Notes under the pieces: model-generated
The model's input: the letters and a program-made list of their open reading frames with translations, nothing else
Database searches by the model: none
Told to the model about the DNA's origin: nothing
DNA from: an uncultured bacterium
GTDB taxonomy: Bacteria; Chloroflexota; UBA5177; JANWHV01
Reading direction: 5' to 3'
Assembly (NCBI GenBank): GCA_963827235.1
Contig: CAWHAE010000008.1
Location: 288,001 to 352,000, forward strand
DNA: 64,000 nt
Position numbers and translations under genes: made by a program
Part shown: positions 10,675 to 21,341 of the stretch, piece by piece
Position numbering within the stretch: the first letter of the stretch is position 1
How the letters are laid out: each line of letters opens with the position of its first letter

Positions 10675-11843
10675 TTGCGGCGTACCAGTCGGACGACCAG
10701 CCCCCAGGGCCGGACGACGATGGCGTCCCCCCGGAGGCCGCCAAGGCGGAGTCTGCCCCAGGCGCGGGCCTGCCAGAGTCGTCCTGAGCCGTTCAGCCCA
10801 AGGTCGCGTATTGCCGTCCTGATCATCGTCGGCGTGCTCGGGTTTTCTGTTTCTGCTGCGCGTGTCCAGCATACTGGCACCGTTTCTGTGGGCTATCGTG
10901 GTCTGGCCTACATTCTCAACCCTTTGGTGGCCGCCCTGCGCAGTAAGGCGAGGATGCCGCGACCGATGGCAGTAGTGTGCATCTACCTGGTGGCCATCGC
11001 GATCATCGCGGGACTGTTGTACTTGGCTCTTCCTCGCATCAACACGCAGGTCGCTCAGCTCACCAACGAGCTGCCTTCGATCACCGCCGATTTGCAGGCG
11101 CGCTACTTTGGCTCGACGAGCACTCCGTTGGACGTCGCTGGTTTCTCCATCGACGTGCAACAGGTCACGAAGCAGGTCGCCGACAGCCTGAATTCCTTCC
11201 TGAACGGCTTTTTCGGCAGTGCCATCTCTGCGGTAGTTACTACCGTCGAGCGCATCACGCAGCTGCTGCTTTTCGTCATCGTGACGTTCTACTTGATGCT
11301 CGATGCCGAAAAGATCGGCGAGCAGCTCAGGCAGGCGATCCCCAGTGCGTACCGCGACGAGACCGTGGCGTTGCGTCGCGCATGAACTACGTGCTGCGTC
11401 AGTACATGCAGGCTCAGCTCATCCTGATCGCGATCATGGGCACGGCGAGTTTCGTCGTGCTGACGATCATGAACGTGCGGTTTGCTATCGCCCTGGCCCC
11501 GATCGTCGGGTTGCTCGAGATCTTCCCGATCATTGGGCCGTTCGCGGCGATCACCATGGTCACGGTCATGGCGTTGTTCTCTACGCCGCCGTTCGGCCTT
11601 TCGACCACGGCGTCGGCGATCATAGTCTGCCTTATCTTCTTTATCATGCGCCAGATCGAGGATTACGCAGTGATACCGAACATCGTCGGACACGCCGTGA
11701 AGCTTCACCCTGCGCTGATACTCTTTGCTGTTGCCTCGGGAACCACGCTCGGCGGACCGCTGGGCCTCTTTCTTGCAGTACCGGTCACCGGCGCGCTGAG
11801 GGTGCTGGCCGCGCACATCTATCAGAAGACGTTCCCGGCGTGA
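10675..11843 (+). CDS. AI-2E (PerM/UPF0118) family transporter, several apparent frameshifts
   Basis: LAYILNPLV, FYLMLD, then a different frame with YMQAQL, FPIIGP, QIEDYAVIPNIVG, LHPALIL, GLFLAVP. Frame changes near 10780, 10840/10900 (compensating; hides LRVSSILAPFLWAIV) and 11370. Confidence 0.8.
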
Positions 11844-12366
11844 GCGGAATCCAGCCGGGTCTGCTGCTGGACCGTGCGGAAGCAATTCGGCTGGCCGACG
11901 ATCTGCGATCGCGTGGACAGGCGGCTGGTCTTTACCAACGGTATGTTCGATCTCCTGCACGCGGGTCACATCGCGTATCTGGCCGCGGCACGAGATCTGG
12001 GCGACGTTCTGCTGGTCGGCCTGAACTCCGACCAAAGCACGCGCCTGCTCAAGGGACCCGGGCGACCGCTCGTGCCGGAGACAGATCGAGCAGTCGTGCT
12101 GCTCGCCCTGCGTGCAGTCGACGGTGTGGTTGTATTTGACGAGCCGACTGCCGGCGCTCTCATACGGGCGCTTCGCCCCGACATCTACGTCAAAGGAGGC
12201 GACTACTCGCTTTCGGGATCGGGCGCGGGCACACCGTTGCCGGAAGAGCCGGACAGTACGTGCTTACGGCGGCGAGATCACGCTGATCGCCTATCGTCAG
12301 GGTTATTCGACCAGCGAACTGCTTGCGCGCATTCGCAGCGGCAGACGGCGCACTGCGCGATGCTAG
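11840..12366 (+). CDS. Stand-alone RfaE-domain-II-like (HldC-type) nucleotidyltransferase, frameshifted
   Basis: [51 protein letters not shown]; frame changes near 11921 and 12250; GTG overlaps the stop of the upstream gene. Confidence 0.8.
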
Positions 12367-13026
12367 GCGTCCGGCTCCAGCATCTTGTGCAAGACTGCTT
12401 CGGACTCTAGGCTTGTGAGACCGATCAGGCGGTCGCCCGCTGGAGCATGGTCTGGCCGGTCGGGAAACGACCGCACTCCGTCCCGCACGTGAAGCGAGAG
12501 CACGGTATCGGCGGCAGCGAGAGGTCTGCAATACGCCGGCCCACCCACGGGCAATCGTCGCTCATGTACAGGTCGACGATCTCCATTCCAACGTTGCGCA
12601 GCGTGAGCAGATTGACGAACGGCGTGGTGGGGATTTCCTGCTCTATCAAGCTGATGATGAACTGGGTCGCGCTCACGGTAATATCAATGCCGAGCCGGAT
12701 GAAGATCTCTTCATTCCTGGGATTGTTGATACGCGCGATGGTGCGCGTGACGTTGAAGTGGCGCTTGGCTACCTGGCAGACGATCAGATTATCTTCATCT
12801 TCTCCGGTGACCGCGCACACGACGTCGGCGCGACCCACACCGGCAGTCTCCAGCGTACCGGCCTCGGCGCCGTCACCACGAGTACCACGCCCTGGCCGAA
12901 GTCCTCGGCGATGCGTGCCGCTCGCTTGAAGTCGCGCTCGATGAGCAGCACCTCATGCCGCTCCTCCAGCAGTGCCTTGGTCAGGTAGTAGCCGACCTTG
13001 CCACCGCCAATCACCACCACGTACAT
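12363..13026 (-). CDS. TrkA family K+ uptake NAD-binding subunit (TrkA-N + TrkA-C), several apparent frameshifts
   Basis: [44 protein letters not shown], pieced from three reading frames. Confidence 0.85.
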
Positions 13027-13062
13027 GGATGATCATTGCCTCCTCGCCGCTCACGGACCCTA

Positions 13063-13452
13063 TCAGTGCCGTCGCATCTGGGCGACTCCAACCCTGGTCG
13101 GGCACACGGTCTCCAGGCCCGCCATCCGGAACGTGTCCTGTCGCTCAGGATCGTAAATGCGCGTGATCACTCGCGGAACATTGAAGACCTCTCGGGCAAC
13201 CTGGCTGGCCATGATGTTCGTGTTATCGGAATTGGTCAGGGCACACATCGCGTCCGCCCGATCGACTCCCGCCTGCTCGAGAATGTCTTCGTCGATGCCG
13301 TTTCCGAGCACGACCAGGCCACTGAATCTGGGTGGAAGACGCTCGAACGCCTCCATCTCCTTGTCGATGATGCTTACCCTGTGGCCGGCGGCCTCGAGCA
13401 TACCTGCCAGCCTGGCGCCTACGCGTCCGCAGCCTAGGATAACAACTCGCAT
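13063..13452 (-). CDS. Short TrkA-N (CeoB-like) protein
   Basis: MRVVILGCGRVG, GNGIDED, TNSDNTN, RIYDPER, VCPT. Confidence 0.88.
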   Translation of the reverse strand: MRVVILGCGRVGARLAGMLEAAGHRVSIIDKEMEAFERLPPRFSGLVVLGNGIDEDILEQAGVDRADAMCALTNSDNTNIMASQVAREVFNVPRVITRIYDPERQDTFRMAGLETVCPTRVGVAQMRRH

Positions 13453-13819
13453 CGCTTACACTCCATGAAATGAGTCCCGTGCGATCATACTCATAATGCC
13501 TGCTCATTCGCCAGTGACCGCCGTGCTCGAGGCAGCGCCGATCCAGTCCTGGGATTCGTGCTCCTCTTCGCTGCAAGCCACCTCGGGGCGCGCGGTCACC
13601 GGTCCCGTACAATGGTAGCTGACGGACGTTCGCCGCCTGCGCCAACGCCGGCTGCCGCTATCGCCTGGCTGAGCACTCTCCGCACAAAGTACACTTGGAC
13701 GGCGGATCGCGTGCCGCTTGAACGGAGACATCTGTTATCTACCGCAAGCTGACCGCTACAACGAATCAATCGGCGGTCGTCCATCGCGTGCCAGGTCGCC
13801 GCCGCGAAAGGCGCTGGCC

Positions 13820-14845
13820 GTGCGCGTAGATGAATTCGACTACGATCTGCCGCCGGAACTGATCGCACAGACGCCGATCGAGCCCAGGGACGGATCGCGC
13901 CTCTTGGTCGTGGACCGGGCACAAGGAATCCTGGCACATCGTCTCTTCGCCGATCTGCCCAGACTCCTGCACCGGGGCGACGTGCTGGTTCTCAACGACA
14001 GTCGTGTGCTTCCGGCTCGGCTGCACGGGAGGCGAGCTCCAAGTGGTGGTGCGGCAGAGCTCCTGTTGCTCCGCGATCTGGGCCAGTGCCGCTGGCTGTG
14101 CCTTTCGCGTCCGGCCAAGCGCATTCGCACGGGTTGCAGGCTGTCCTTCGGATCTGATGCGTTGATTGCCGTGGTGCGGGAGGAGCTGGATGAAGGGCAG
14201 CGGGTGATTGAGTTCGACGTCGAGCCCGGGGAGTTTGCCGGGCTCCTCGCCAGGTTTGGAGAGATGCCGCTGCCTCCCTACATCCATCGGCCGCTCGAGA
14301 ATCCTGAGCGGTACCAGACGGTCTACGCGCGGGAGCCGGGTTCGGCGGCCGCGCCCACGGCGGGACTGCACTTTACTCCGGCGCTTCTCGACCGCATGGA
14401 GCATATGGGCATTGCTATCGCCTATGTCACGCTGCACGTCGGTCTGGGCACGTTCAGACCGGTACAGGTCGACGAGGTCGACGACCATCGCATGCATGCC
14501 GAGTACGGCGTCCTGCCGGCAGAGACTGCCGCGACAATTGGTAAAGCGCGGGCGCGGGGCGGCCGCGTGGTGGCCGTCGGCACGACGGCGGTGCGCGTGC
14601 TCGAGTCGGCGGCGCTGGTTGGCCCCGACATGGCGTGGTCGGGCTGGACGGACATCTTCATCTACCCGGGGTTCAGGTTCCGGGCTGTCGATGCCCTGGT
14701 CACGAATTTCCACTTGCCGCGGTCGACCCTGCTGATGCTGGTCAGCGCGCTGGCCGGCAAGGCCCTTATCGATCAGGCGTACGCGACCGCCGTCGCCGAT
14801 CGATATAGATTCTTCAGCTTCGGCGACGCCATGCTCATTCTCTAG
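13820..14845 (+). CDS. queA: S-adenosylmethionine:tRNA ribosyltransferase-isomerase
   Basis: FDYDLPPELIAQ, MPLPPYI, YQTVYA, GSAAAPTAGLHFT, TLHVGLGTF, TNFHLPRSTL, YRFFSFGDAM. Confidence 0.96.
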   Translation: MRVDEFDYDLPPELIAQTPIEPRDGSRLLVVDRAQGILAHRLFADLPRLLHRGDVLVLNDSRVLPARLHGRRAPSGGAAELLLLRDLGQCRWLCLSRPAKRIRTGCRLSFGSDALIAVVREELDEGQRVIEFDVEPGEFAGLLARFGEMPLPPYIHRPLENPERYQTVYAREPGSAAAPTAGLHFTPALLDRMEHMGIAIAYVTLHVGLGTFRPVQVDEVDDHRMHAEYGVLPAETAATIGKARARGGRVVAVGTTAVRVLESAALVGPDMAWSGWTDIFIYPGFRFRAVDALVTNFHLPRSTLLMLVSALAGKALIDQAYATAVADRYRFFSFGDAMLIL

Positions 14846-14953
14846 CCGGATCGTCGCGACCGGCGAAACGCGGCGATGCGGTATGATCGCCACTGGAGTG
14901 TGTGCCGGCGTTGTGAGCAATGTACAGGCACGTAGTACAGGGAAGGGTGCCGA

Positions 14954-15376
14954 GTGCGTGCGCTCTTGATGATCGGCAACGACAGGTTGTCGCTTCGGCA
15001 GTTTTATTCCGCCGTTCTCGACAACCATGCCGCCGGCTGGACCACCTCGTTCATGAGCGGCATGCCATCGGACGTCGAGTCGATAGCTGGCGGCTTCGAT
15101 CTCGTGATCTGTGAGCTGGGCCGACCGGATACTTCCGACCGAGTAGATATGGCGCGCAGGCTGCGGCGCGCGGGTGTCGACGTTGTGACTCATGTCGAAG
15201 GGCAGGAGTCCGAGCGGCTCCGTGCTGAGCTGGTGGGCGACGGCGTGGTGGTGGTTGCCAACCCGTTCCATGCTGACCAGGTAGCCGCAGCACTCGAACA
15301 GGTGGCGACGCGCCGGAAGGCCGCGCCGCGTGTCGCCGGCGCGCGGGAACGGCTCCGCCGTTTTCTCGGACGCTGA
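14954..15376 (+). CDS. Hypothetical protein with atypical receiver (REC)-like pattern
   Basis: FDLVICE (cf. DLVLLD) and VVANPF (cf. YLxKPF); alternating beta/alpha pattern over ~120 aa. Confidence 0.55.
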   Translation: MRALLMIGNDRLSLRQFYSAVLDNHAAGWTTSFMSGMPSDVESIAGGFDLVICELGRPDTSDRVDMARRLRRAGVDVVTHVEGQESERLRAELVGDGVVVVANPFHADQVAAALEQVATRRKAAPRVAGARERLRRFLGR

Positions 15377-15424
15377 GCGCCCGGAAGAGTCCGCCCAACG
15401 TACTGCGAGGGATAGTGGGATACG

Positions 15425-16393
15425 ATGACTGACCCGCCGCGCACCGTGTTCATGGGAACGCCCGAGTTTGCCGTACCGTCGTTGTCGGCCCTGTTGGAGC
15501 TCTCCCGAGGCAAGGCGCCGCTCGTCCATATGGCGGCCGTGTTCACGCAACCGGACCGCCCCGCGGGCCGAGGTAAGCGCGTCACGGCACCGCCTGTCAA
15601 GCTGGCCGCTCTGAACGCCGGTCTGCCGGTCTTCCAGCCCGAGCGATTGCGCCGGGCGGAGGCGTTCGCTCAGCTCGCCGATCTCGAACCTGAGCTCATC
15701 GTCGTCGCGGCGTACGCGCAGATGCTGCCGCCTCGAGTGTTGGCGCTACCGCGCCACGGGTGCCTGAACATCCACGCCTCACTCTTGCCGCGCTATCGGG
15801 GGGCAGCGCCAATTCAGGCCGCGATTCTCGATGGGGCTACGCAGACCGGCGTGACAATCATGCAGATGGAGGAGGGTCTGGATACCGGGCCGGTTCTCTC
15901 GCGGGTCGCCGTGCCGATTGGAGAATTCGATACGACCGGCAGCCTTACCGCGGCACTGGCTTCTGCCGGTGCCCGCCTGCTCACCACAACACTGCCGGGC
16001 TGGATCGCCGGAAAGCTGGCGGCTGTGCCACAGGATGGCTCGCTGGCCACGATGACGAAGCCGCTGGCCAAGGAACAAGGGCGCATTGACTGGTCGCTGG
16101 ACGCGAGGGCCCTGGAGCGTCACGTTCGCGCCATGTCACCCTGGCCGGGTGCCTACACGGAGGGCAGAGCGGGGCTATTGAAGATTCACGCTGCCGCTGC
16201 TCTGCCGGGCGGCAGCTCCGCCGTCCCCGGCACGCTGCTCGATCTCACCGCGGGGCCCGCAATAGTGACGGGTGATGGCCTGCTGCTGCTCCTCGAGGTG
16301 CGGCCGGCCGGGCGGCGTGCTATGCCCGCCAAGGACTGGCTGCGCGGCGCACGGTCACTGCTAGGTACCGTGCTCGACGGCAGCACTGGCTAA
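15425..16393 (+). CDS. fmt: Methionyl-tRNA formyltransferase
   Basis: FMGTPEFAVP, TQPDRPAGRG, LNIHASLLPRYRGAAPIQ, GLDTG, SPWPGA. Confidence 0.96.
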   Translation: MTDPPRTVFMGTPEFAVPSLSALLELSRGKAPLVHMAAVFTQPDRPAGRGKRVTAPPVKLAALNAGLPVFQPERLRRAEAFAQLADLEPELIVVAAYAQMLPPRVLALPRHGCLNIHASLLPRYRGAAPIQAAILDGATQTGVTIMQMEEGLDTGPVLSRVAVPIGEFDTTGSLTAALASAGARLLTTTLPGWIAGKLAAVPQDGSLATMTKPLAKEQGRIDWSLDARALERHVRAMSPWPGAYTEGRAGLLKIHAAAALPGGSSAVPGTLLDLTAGPAIVTGDGLLLLLEVRPAGRRAMPAKDWLRGARSLLGTVLDGSTG

Positions 16394-16403
16394 GGGGCCG
16401 TCG

Positions 16404-17072
16404 ATGCGACGGGATTCTCGTAGAGTACGCGTTCCACCTAATTCCTCGGGCCGGCGGCGGCGAGTTGGGCCTGGGGAGTTGAGTCCGCATACCAGCGCAG
16501 GAGCCGCGCCACCCATACAGCCCGTGGACGGCGAGGAAGGGCTGTTTGACGAGCCAGTGGGCGGATTGCGACACATTCGCCTGTGGTCCGGCCTTCTGCT
16601 CATCGGCCTGGCGGCCGTGATGATCGTGCTCTCGCAGCTTCTGGGCGTGGCGTCCCAAGACTCGACACCGCGCGCCACACCTGCTTCAAGTGTCCTGCCG
16701 AGCCTCGTCACAGCGATCGAGCGGTCCGATCTCAGCGTGACGGTGCGATTAGTCGAGCGCCGGTCGGCAGTCGCTGGCTTGAGCGCCAAGACGGGCAATG
16801 AGTTCCTGGTCCTTGACGTACTGGTCACTAACAAGCAGCAATGGGTACTGTCCGTCGACTACACCGACTTCCACATCCTGGACGGCGGGCATGTTGTCTG
16901 CACCGCGGGAGCATATCCCGGGCACGCCGGGTCGCTGCATCGCCGTCTTGCCCCCGGGCAGAGCACGCAAGGGGCATTGATTTGCCCGGTGCCGCTCGGC
17001 GAGAAGGGCCTGGTATTTGCTTACGTGCCCGAGGATGGCTCACACGCGCAAGCGCGGTGGATAATCGGGTAG
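16404..17072 (+). CDS. Single-TM protein with Ig-like extracytoplasmic domain (DUF4352-like)
   Basis: One hydrophobic helix followed by FLVLDVLVTN...DFHILD...LAPGQSTQGALICPVP. Confidence 0.6.
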   Translation: MRRDSRRVRVPPNSSGRRRRVGPGELSPHTSAGAAPPIQPVDGEEGLFDEPVGGLRHIRLWSGLLLIGLAAVMIVLSQLLGVASQDSTPRATPASSVLPSLVTAIERSDLSVTVRLVERRSAVAGLSAKTGNEFLVLDVLVTNKQQWVLSVDYTDFHILDGGHVVCTAGAYPGHAGSLHRRLAPGQSTQGALICPVPLGEKGLVFAYVPEDGSHAQARWIIG

Positions 17073-17105
17073 GGGTGCCGGCGCGCCACGGGAAGCGGGC
17101 GCATC

Positions 17106-18059
17106 TCAGGTCAAGTACTCGCGCAGGCGCTCCACGTGGTCGGCATTGAGCTCTACGAGGATGCTCGCTACCTCCGGACTGGCCTCGACCACCTTTTGTC
17201 GGACCGCGTCTGCGATTTGGGCACCTTTCTCGACCGTTAGATGGGGGTCTACGACGATGCCTATTTCGACCAGCACGTCGCTGCCGTGCGCGCGTCCCGT
17301 GACCGCGGTCACCTTCTGCACTCCAGACACTTTGCCGGCCGTCCGGCGCAGGCTCTCGCTCAACTTCTCGTCCAGATTGCTTTCCATGAGCTCGCGTCCT
17401 GCGCCGACGCCTATGTTTATGGCCGTCCAGACGACGATTCCGGCAATTACCAGACCGCCGATACCGTCCAATCGAGGCTCGCCCAGACGGGCACCCAGCA
17501 CGCCGAACACCACGGCGAGCGAGCTGAACACGTCGGCCTGACTGTCGCGCGCGTCCGCCTCGATGGCCTGCGAGCCGACGGCATGCGCTATGCGCATCTC
17601 AACACGCACGACGACCAGCTTAACGGACAGAGTCGCCACGGCAACCCAGAAGGCCAGGAACGACGGTGTCGGCGTGCCCGATATGAGCTTCTGGATAGAC
17701 TCCCAGCCAAGGAAAAGGCCGGCTGCCGTGAGCAGGTGCGCCGACGAGGCGGCGACGAGAACCTCGGCCCGGTCGTGGCCGTACGGGTGCGACTCGTCCG
17801 CCGGGCGCCGAGCGTAGAACAGGGCACCCAATACCATCAAATTATTGAGCACATCCGCCGCTGAATGGCCAGCATCGGACAACAGCGCCACCGATCCGGA
17901 GATCACACCAGCTACGACTTTGACGGCAACAAGAAGCACATTGACGACCAAGCCCAGGATCGGTCCCCACACCGCGGCTCGGAAACGTTGCTCCGCGTTG
18001 AGCCGGCGGGAAGGCCTGCCGACCTCCGGACGATGCGGCGCGAGTGTGGTCTCGCTCAT
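17106..18059 (-). CDS. Cation diffusion facilitator (FieF-like) transporter
   Basis: SVALLSDAGHSAAD, PADESHPYGHDRAE, ADARDSQADVFSS, C-terminal dimerisation domain. Confidence 0.9.
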   Translation of the reverse strand: MSETTLAPHRPEVGRPSRRLNAEQRFRAAVWGPILGLVVNVLLVAVKVVAGVISGSVALLSDAGHSAADVLNNLMVLGALFYARRPADESHPYGHDRAEVLVAASSAHLLTAAGLFLGWESIQKLISGTPTPSFLAFWVAVATLSVKLVVVRVEMRIAHAVGSQAIEADARDSQADVFSSLAVVFGVLGARLGEPRLDGIGGLVIAGIVVWTAINIGVGAGRELMESNLDEKLSESLRRTAGKVSGVQKVTAVTGRAHGSDVLVEIGIVVDPHLTVEKGAQIADAVRQKVVEASPEVASILVELNADHVERLREYLT

Positions 18060-18337
18060 GTGCAGTGTTGGACCTCCGTGGCCGGGTCGGGCGATACCGG
18101 ACGATCCTATCATACGGCTGGGCTCAGTGCCAGACGCTCAGCCCGGCGAGGGAGTTCGATTCGTTGTGCAGGGTCATGAGCATGACATGGGGCAAGAATG
18201 TGCCGGCAGCAGTGTTCCGGATGCTCAACACAGACGGCGCGCGGACCGCCCGGCGCTCGTCCAGTAGGGCGCAAGGAACCGACGCGGCCTACCACTCTAC
18301 ACGAGGTAGCCTGGCGAGAGCCGCCCCAGATACTGGT

Positions 18338-19093
18338 CTAGCGGTGACCCATCCTGATCAGCACGATGCTGAACTCGTACAGGATAATCAGCAGGACGCT
18401 GACGATCAGCGGCGTGACCGGATCGGCGCCCGGTGTGATGATCATGCCGGCGAACAGGGAGACGAAGAACGCGACCTTGCGCTTTCGGCGCAAAAACGCC
18501 GACGATACCATGCCGACTCGAGAGAGCAACACCAGTACGACCGGGAGCTCGAACACTGCGCCGAAGACAAGGATCAAGATGGCGAATTGACTAAGATAGC
18601 TGGCGGAATCGGGGATGTACAAGAGATCCTTGCCGCCGATGCTCAGCATGAAGCTGAAGTAGCGCGGAAATACCAGGTAGCCGACCCCGGCTCCGACCAG
18701 GAACAGCACCAGGCCTAGACCGACGAAGGGCACGACGTAACGCCTGGTCTCGATCTCGAAGGCCGGGGCGACGAACATCCAGAGCTCGTAGAGCCACACA
18801 GGCACGCTGATCACCGCTGCCGGGATCAGGGCCAGCTTTATTCTCAGGAACAAGGCTCCGGTGACGGTGTTGAACGTCAGCACACCGTTGCCAAAGGCGG
18901 TGTGGATGCCTGCCAGGGGATGAGTAACAAGATTGAAGACCGGCTGATAGAAGAAGAGACCGAGCACTGCCGCCACGGTTGTGACAATGATGCAGACGAA
19001 GAGTCGCTGCCGCAGCTCTTCGAGATGCTCGATCACCGTCATGTTCTTCGGATCGGGATCGTTGAGCGCCAAGAACTTCCGGCTGACTGCCAT
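18338..19093 (-). CDS. tatC: Twin-arginine translocase subunit C
   Basis: MTVIEHLEELRQRL, YELWMFVAPA, FELPV, ITPGADP, LYEFSI. Confidence 0.95.
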   Translation of the reverse strand: MAVSRKFLALNDPDPKNMTVIEHLEELRQRLFVCIIVTTVAAVLGLFFYQPVFNLVTHPLAGIHTAFGNGVLTFNTVTGALFLRIKLALIPAAVISVPVWLYELWMFVAPAFEIETRRYVVPFVGLGLVLFLVGAGVGYLVFPRYFSFMLSIGGKDLLYIPDSASYLSQFAILILVFGAVFELPVVLVLLSRVGMVSSAFLRRKRKVAFFVSLFAGMIITPGADPVTPLIVSVLLIILYEFSIVLIRMGHR

Positions 19094-19138
19094 GGTCGCC
19101 CTTCTTATGCCTGAAACTTAGCGCCCGTCCGAGGCGCT

Positions 19139-19181
19139 GAAACAAGTGTGGGTGTGAGTCAACCCCGACTCACACCCACGC
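19139..19181 (-). terminator. Intrinsic terminator-like hairpin between tatA and tatC
   Basis: Perfect 13-bp stem gtgggtgtgagtc (19148-19160) / gactcacacccac (19167-19179), 6-nt loop, followed on the minus strand by ttgttt. Confidence 0.7.
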
Positions 19182-19216
19182 CCGGCATCCAAGTCAACAG
19201 AATCGAGACGGTACAG

Positions 19217-19501
19217 CTAGTCTCTCGAGTGATCAGCACCGACAGGCTGTCGGGTATCAGCCCCTTGCGCCGAGTACTGCTGCTCGACAACCGGCGGCTG
19301 CTGTATGGCGCGCGACGGCTGAGGCTGCTGCAGGGTCTGCTGTGTAGGAGTCGGATCGCTCAACCCGCTGGTGGCGTCCTTGAACTCGCGGATCCCGCGG
19401 CCAAAGGCAGAGCCGATCTCGGGCAGCTTCCCCGGCCCGAACACCAGCAAAACAATGATCAAAAGAATGATGATCTCTGGGCCGTGTCCTATGCCAAACA
19501 T
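19217..19501 (-). CDS. tatA: Twin-arginine translocase TatA/E subunit
   Basis: MFGIGHGPEIIILLIIVLLVFGPGKLPEIGSAFGRGIREFKDA; RBS GAGGGAG. Confidence 0.93.
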   Translation of the reverse strand: MFGIGHGPEIIILLIIVLLVFGPGKLPEIGSAFGRGIREFKDATSGLSDPTPTQQTLQQPQPSRAIQQPPVVEQQYSAQGADTRQPVGADHSRD

Positions 19502-19568
19502 CTCGTTTGCTCCCTCGCGCTTGGAATGCTGTACGCACGCATGATACTCTTCCTGAGGTCTGTTGTCT

Positions 19569-21198
19569 ATGTCGACGTCAGGAGCCGTGCCGTTGAGTAA
19601 TACGTCGGAAGCCGGCGATCGGTTCACCAGCAAGGCGAATACAGGAGAAGAGCGAGATCCGCGGCTCTCGGACTTGAGGCGCCGCAAGGCGGCCGTGCTG
19701 GTGGATCACGAGGCGCGTGCGGCAAAGGCACAGCACGGCCGGGGCAAGCTGACCGCGCGAGAACGAGTAGCGCTGCTGGTCGACGGTGACAGCTTCGACG
19801 AGCTGGATATGTTTGCCGTGCATCGTTCCAGTGCTTTCGGTTTGGCCGAACGGCGCTATCCCGGCGACGGCGTCGTTACCGGCTTTGCCACCGTAGACGG
19901 CCGCCGTGTTGCCGTGTACTCGCAGGACTTCACCGTGTTCGGGGGCTCGCTTGGTGAGGTAGTGGCGGAGAAGATCGTCAAGTTGATGGACATGGCGGTA
20001 AGGGTAGGCGTGCCGATCATCGGCATCAATGACTCAGGCGGCGCTCGCATCCAGGAGGGCGCCGTGAGCCTGGCCGGATACGCCGACATCTTCTACCGGA
20101 ACGTGCGGGCCTCGGGCGTCGTGCCGCAGATCTCGGTGATCGCCGGTCCCTGCGCCGGTGGCGCCGTGTATTCGCCTGCCATTACGGACTTCGTCTTCAT
20201 GGTCCGCGGTATCGGCAAGATGTATATCACCGGACCGGACGTGATTCGGGCCGTAACCGGTGAGGAAGTCGAGCACGAGCTGCTGGGAGGCGCCGACACG
20301 CACTCCACACTGAGCGGCGTGGCTCACTTCGCGGCCGACGACGAGCGTGAGGTCTTTAGCATGGTCCGGGTGCTGCTTGACTACTTGCCGTCGAACAACT
20401 TGCAGAGATCCGCCGCTGAGGCAAGCTGGCGACGACCCGGACCGGCGGGACGCTTCGCTGGATTCGGTGGTGCCGGATTCCCCGTCGCGGCCGTACGACA
20501 TGCACGCCGTGCTGCGCAGCCTGCTGGACAGGGGTGAGTTCTTCGAGGTGCAGGAATCCTACGCGCGAAACATCCTGATTGGACTCGGCAGGCTTGATGG
20601 CCGCTCGGTGGGCGTCGTCGCAAACCAGCCGTCCCAGAAAGCGGGAACACTTGACATCAACGCTTCGACGAAGGCCGCGCGCTTCATCCGGTTTTGCGAC
20701 GCCTTCAACATCCCGCTGCTAACCCTGGTTGATGTGCCGGGCTTTCTTCCCGGGACTGACCAAGAGTACAACGGTATCATACGGCACGGGGCCAAGCTGC
20801 TCTATGCGTTTGCCGAGGCGACCGTGCCGAAGATCACGGTTATCACGCGCAAGGCGTATGGCGGCGCATACAACGTAATGTGCTCCAAGCATATCGGAGC
20901 CGACTTCAACTTCGCCTGGCCTTCCGGCGAGATCGCTGTCATGGGCCCATCGGGTGCCGTCTCGGTGATATTCAGGCGCGAGATTGCCGCTTCACAGGAG
21001 CCTGCCAAACGGGCTGCAGAGCTGACGGCAGATTATCAGAACCGCTTCGCCAATCCCTACGTCGCTGCTGAACGCGGCTTCCTCGACGCCGTGATCGAGC
21101 CGCGCGACACCAGGCCGACTCTCATACGAGCCTTTGCGACGGCCGCCGGCAAGCGCGAGCCTCGCCCCTCCCGGAAGCACGGCAACATCCCCCTCTGA
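19569..21198 (+). CDS. Acyl-CoA carboxylase carboxyltransferase (PccB/AccD5-type) subunit, one apparent frameshift near 20405
   Basis: [43 protein letters not shown] then other frame DPP...[31 protein letters not shown]; exact start uncertain. Confidence 0.9.
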
Positions 21199-21341
21199 GA
21201 GCTGGGCCTCGGCCGTCACTACCCCATGCGGTGCCCCGAGTACCTCGATCGGGTACCGGCAGTGCATGGTCCAAATGGGGCTAACACATAGTGCCACAGT
21301 GCGAGCAGAATATGCGTGTCCACTGATGAGTCTGTATCGAA

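Noticed and set aside
13504-13731. 75-aa ORF upstream of the trkA pair
   Set aside because: No RBS or recognisable motif; it lies in a divergent promoter region and cannot be supported.
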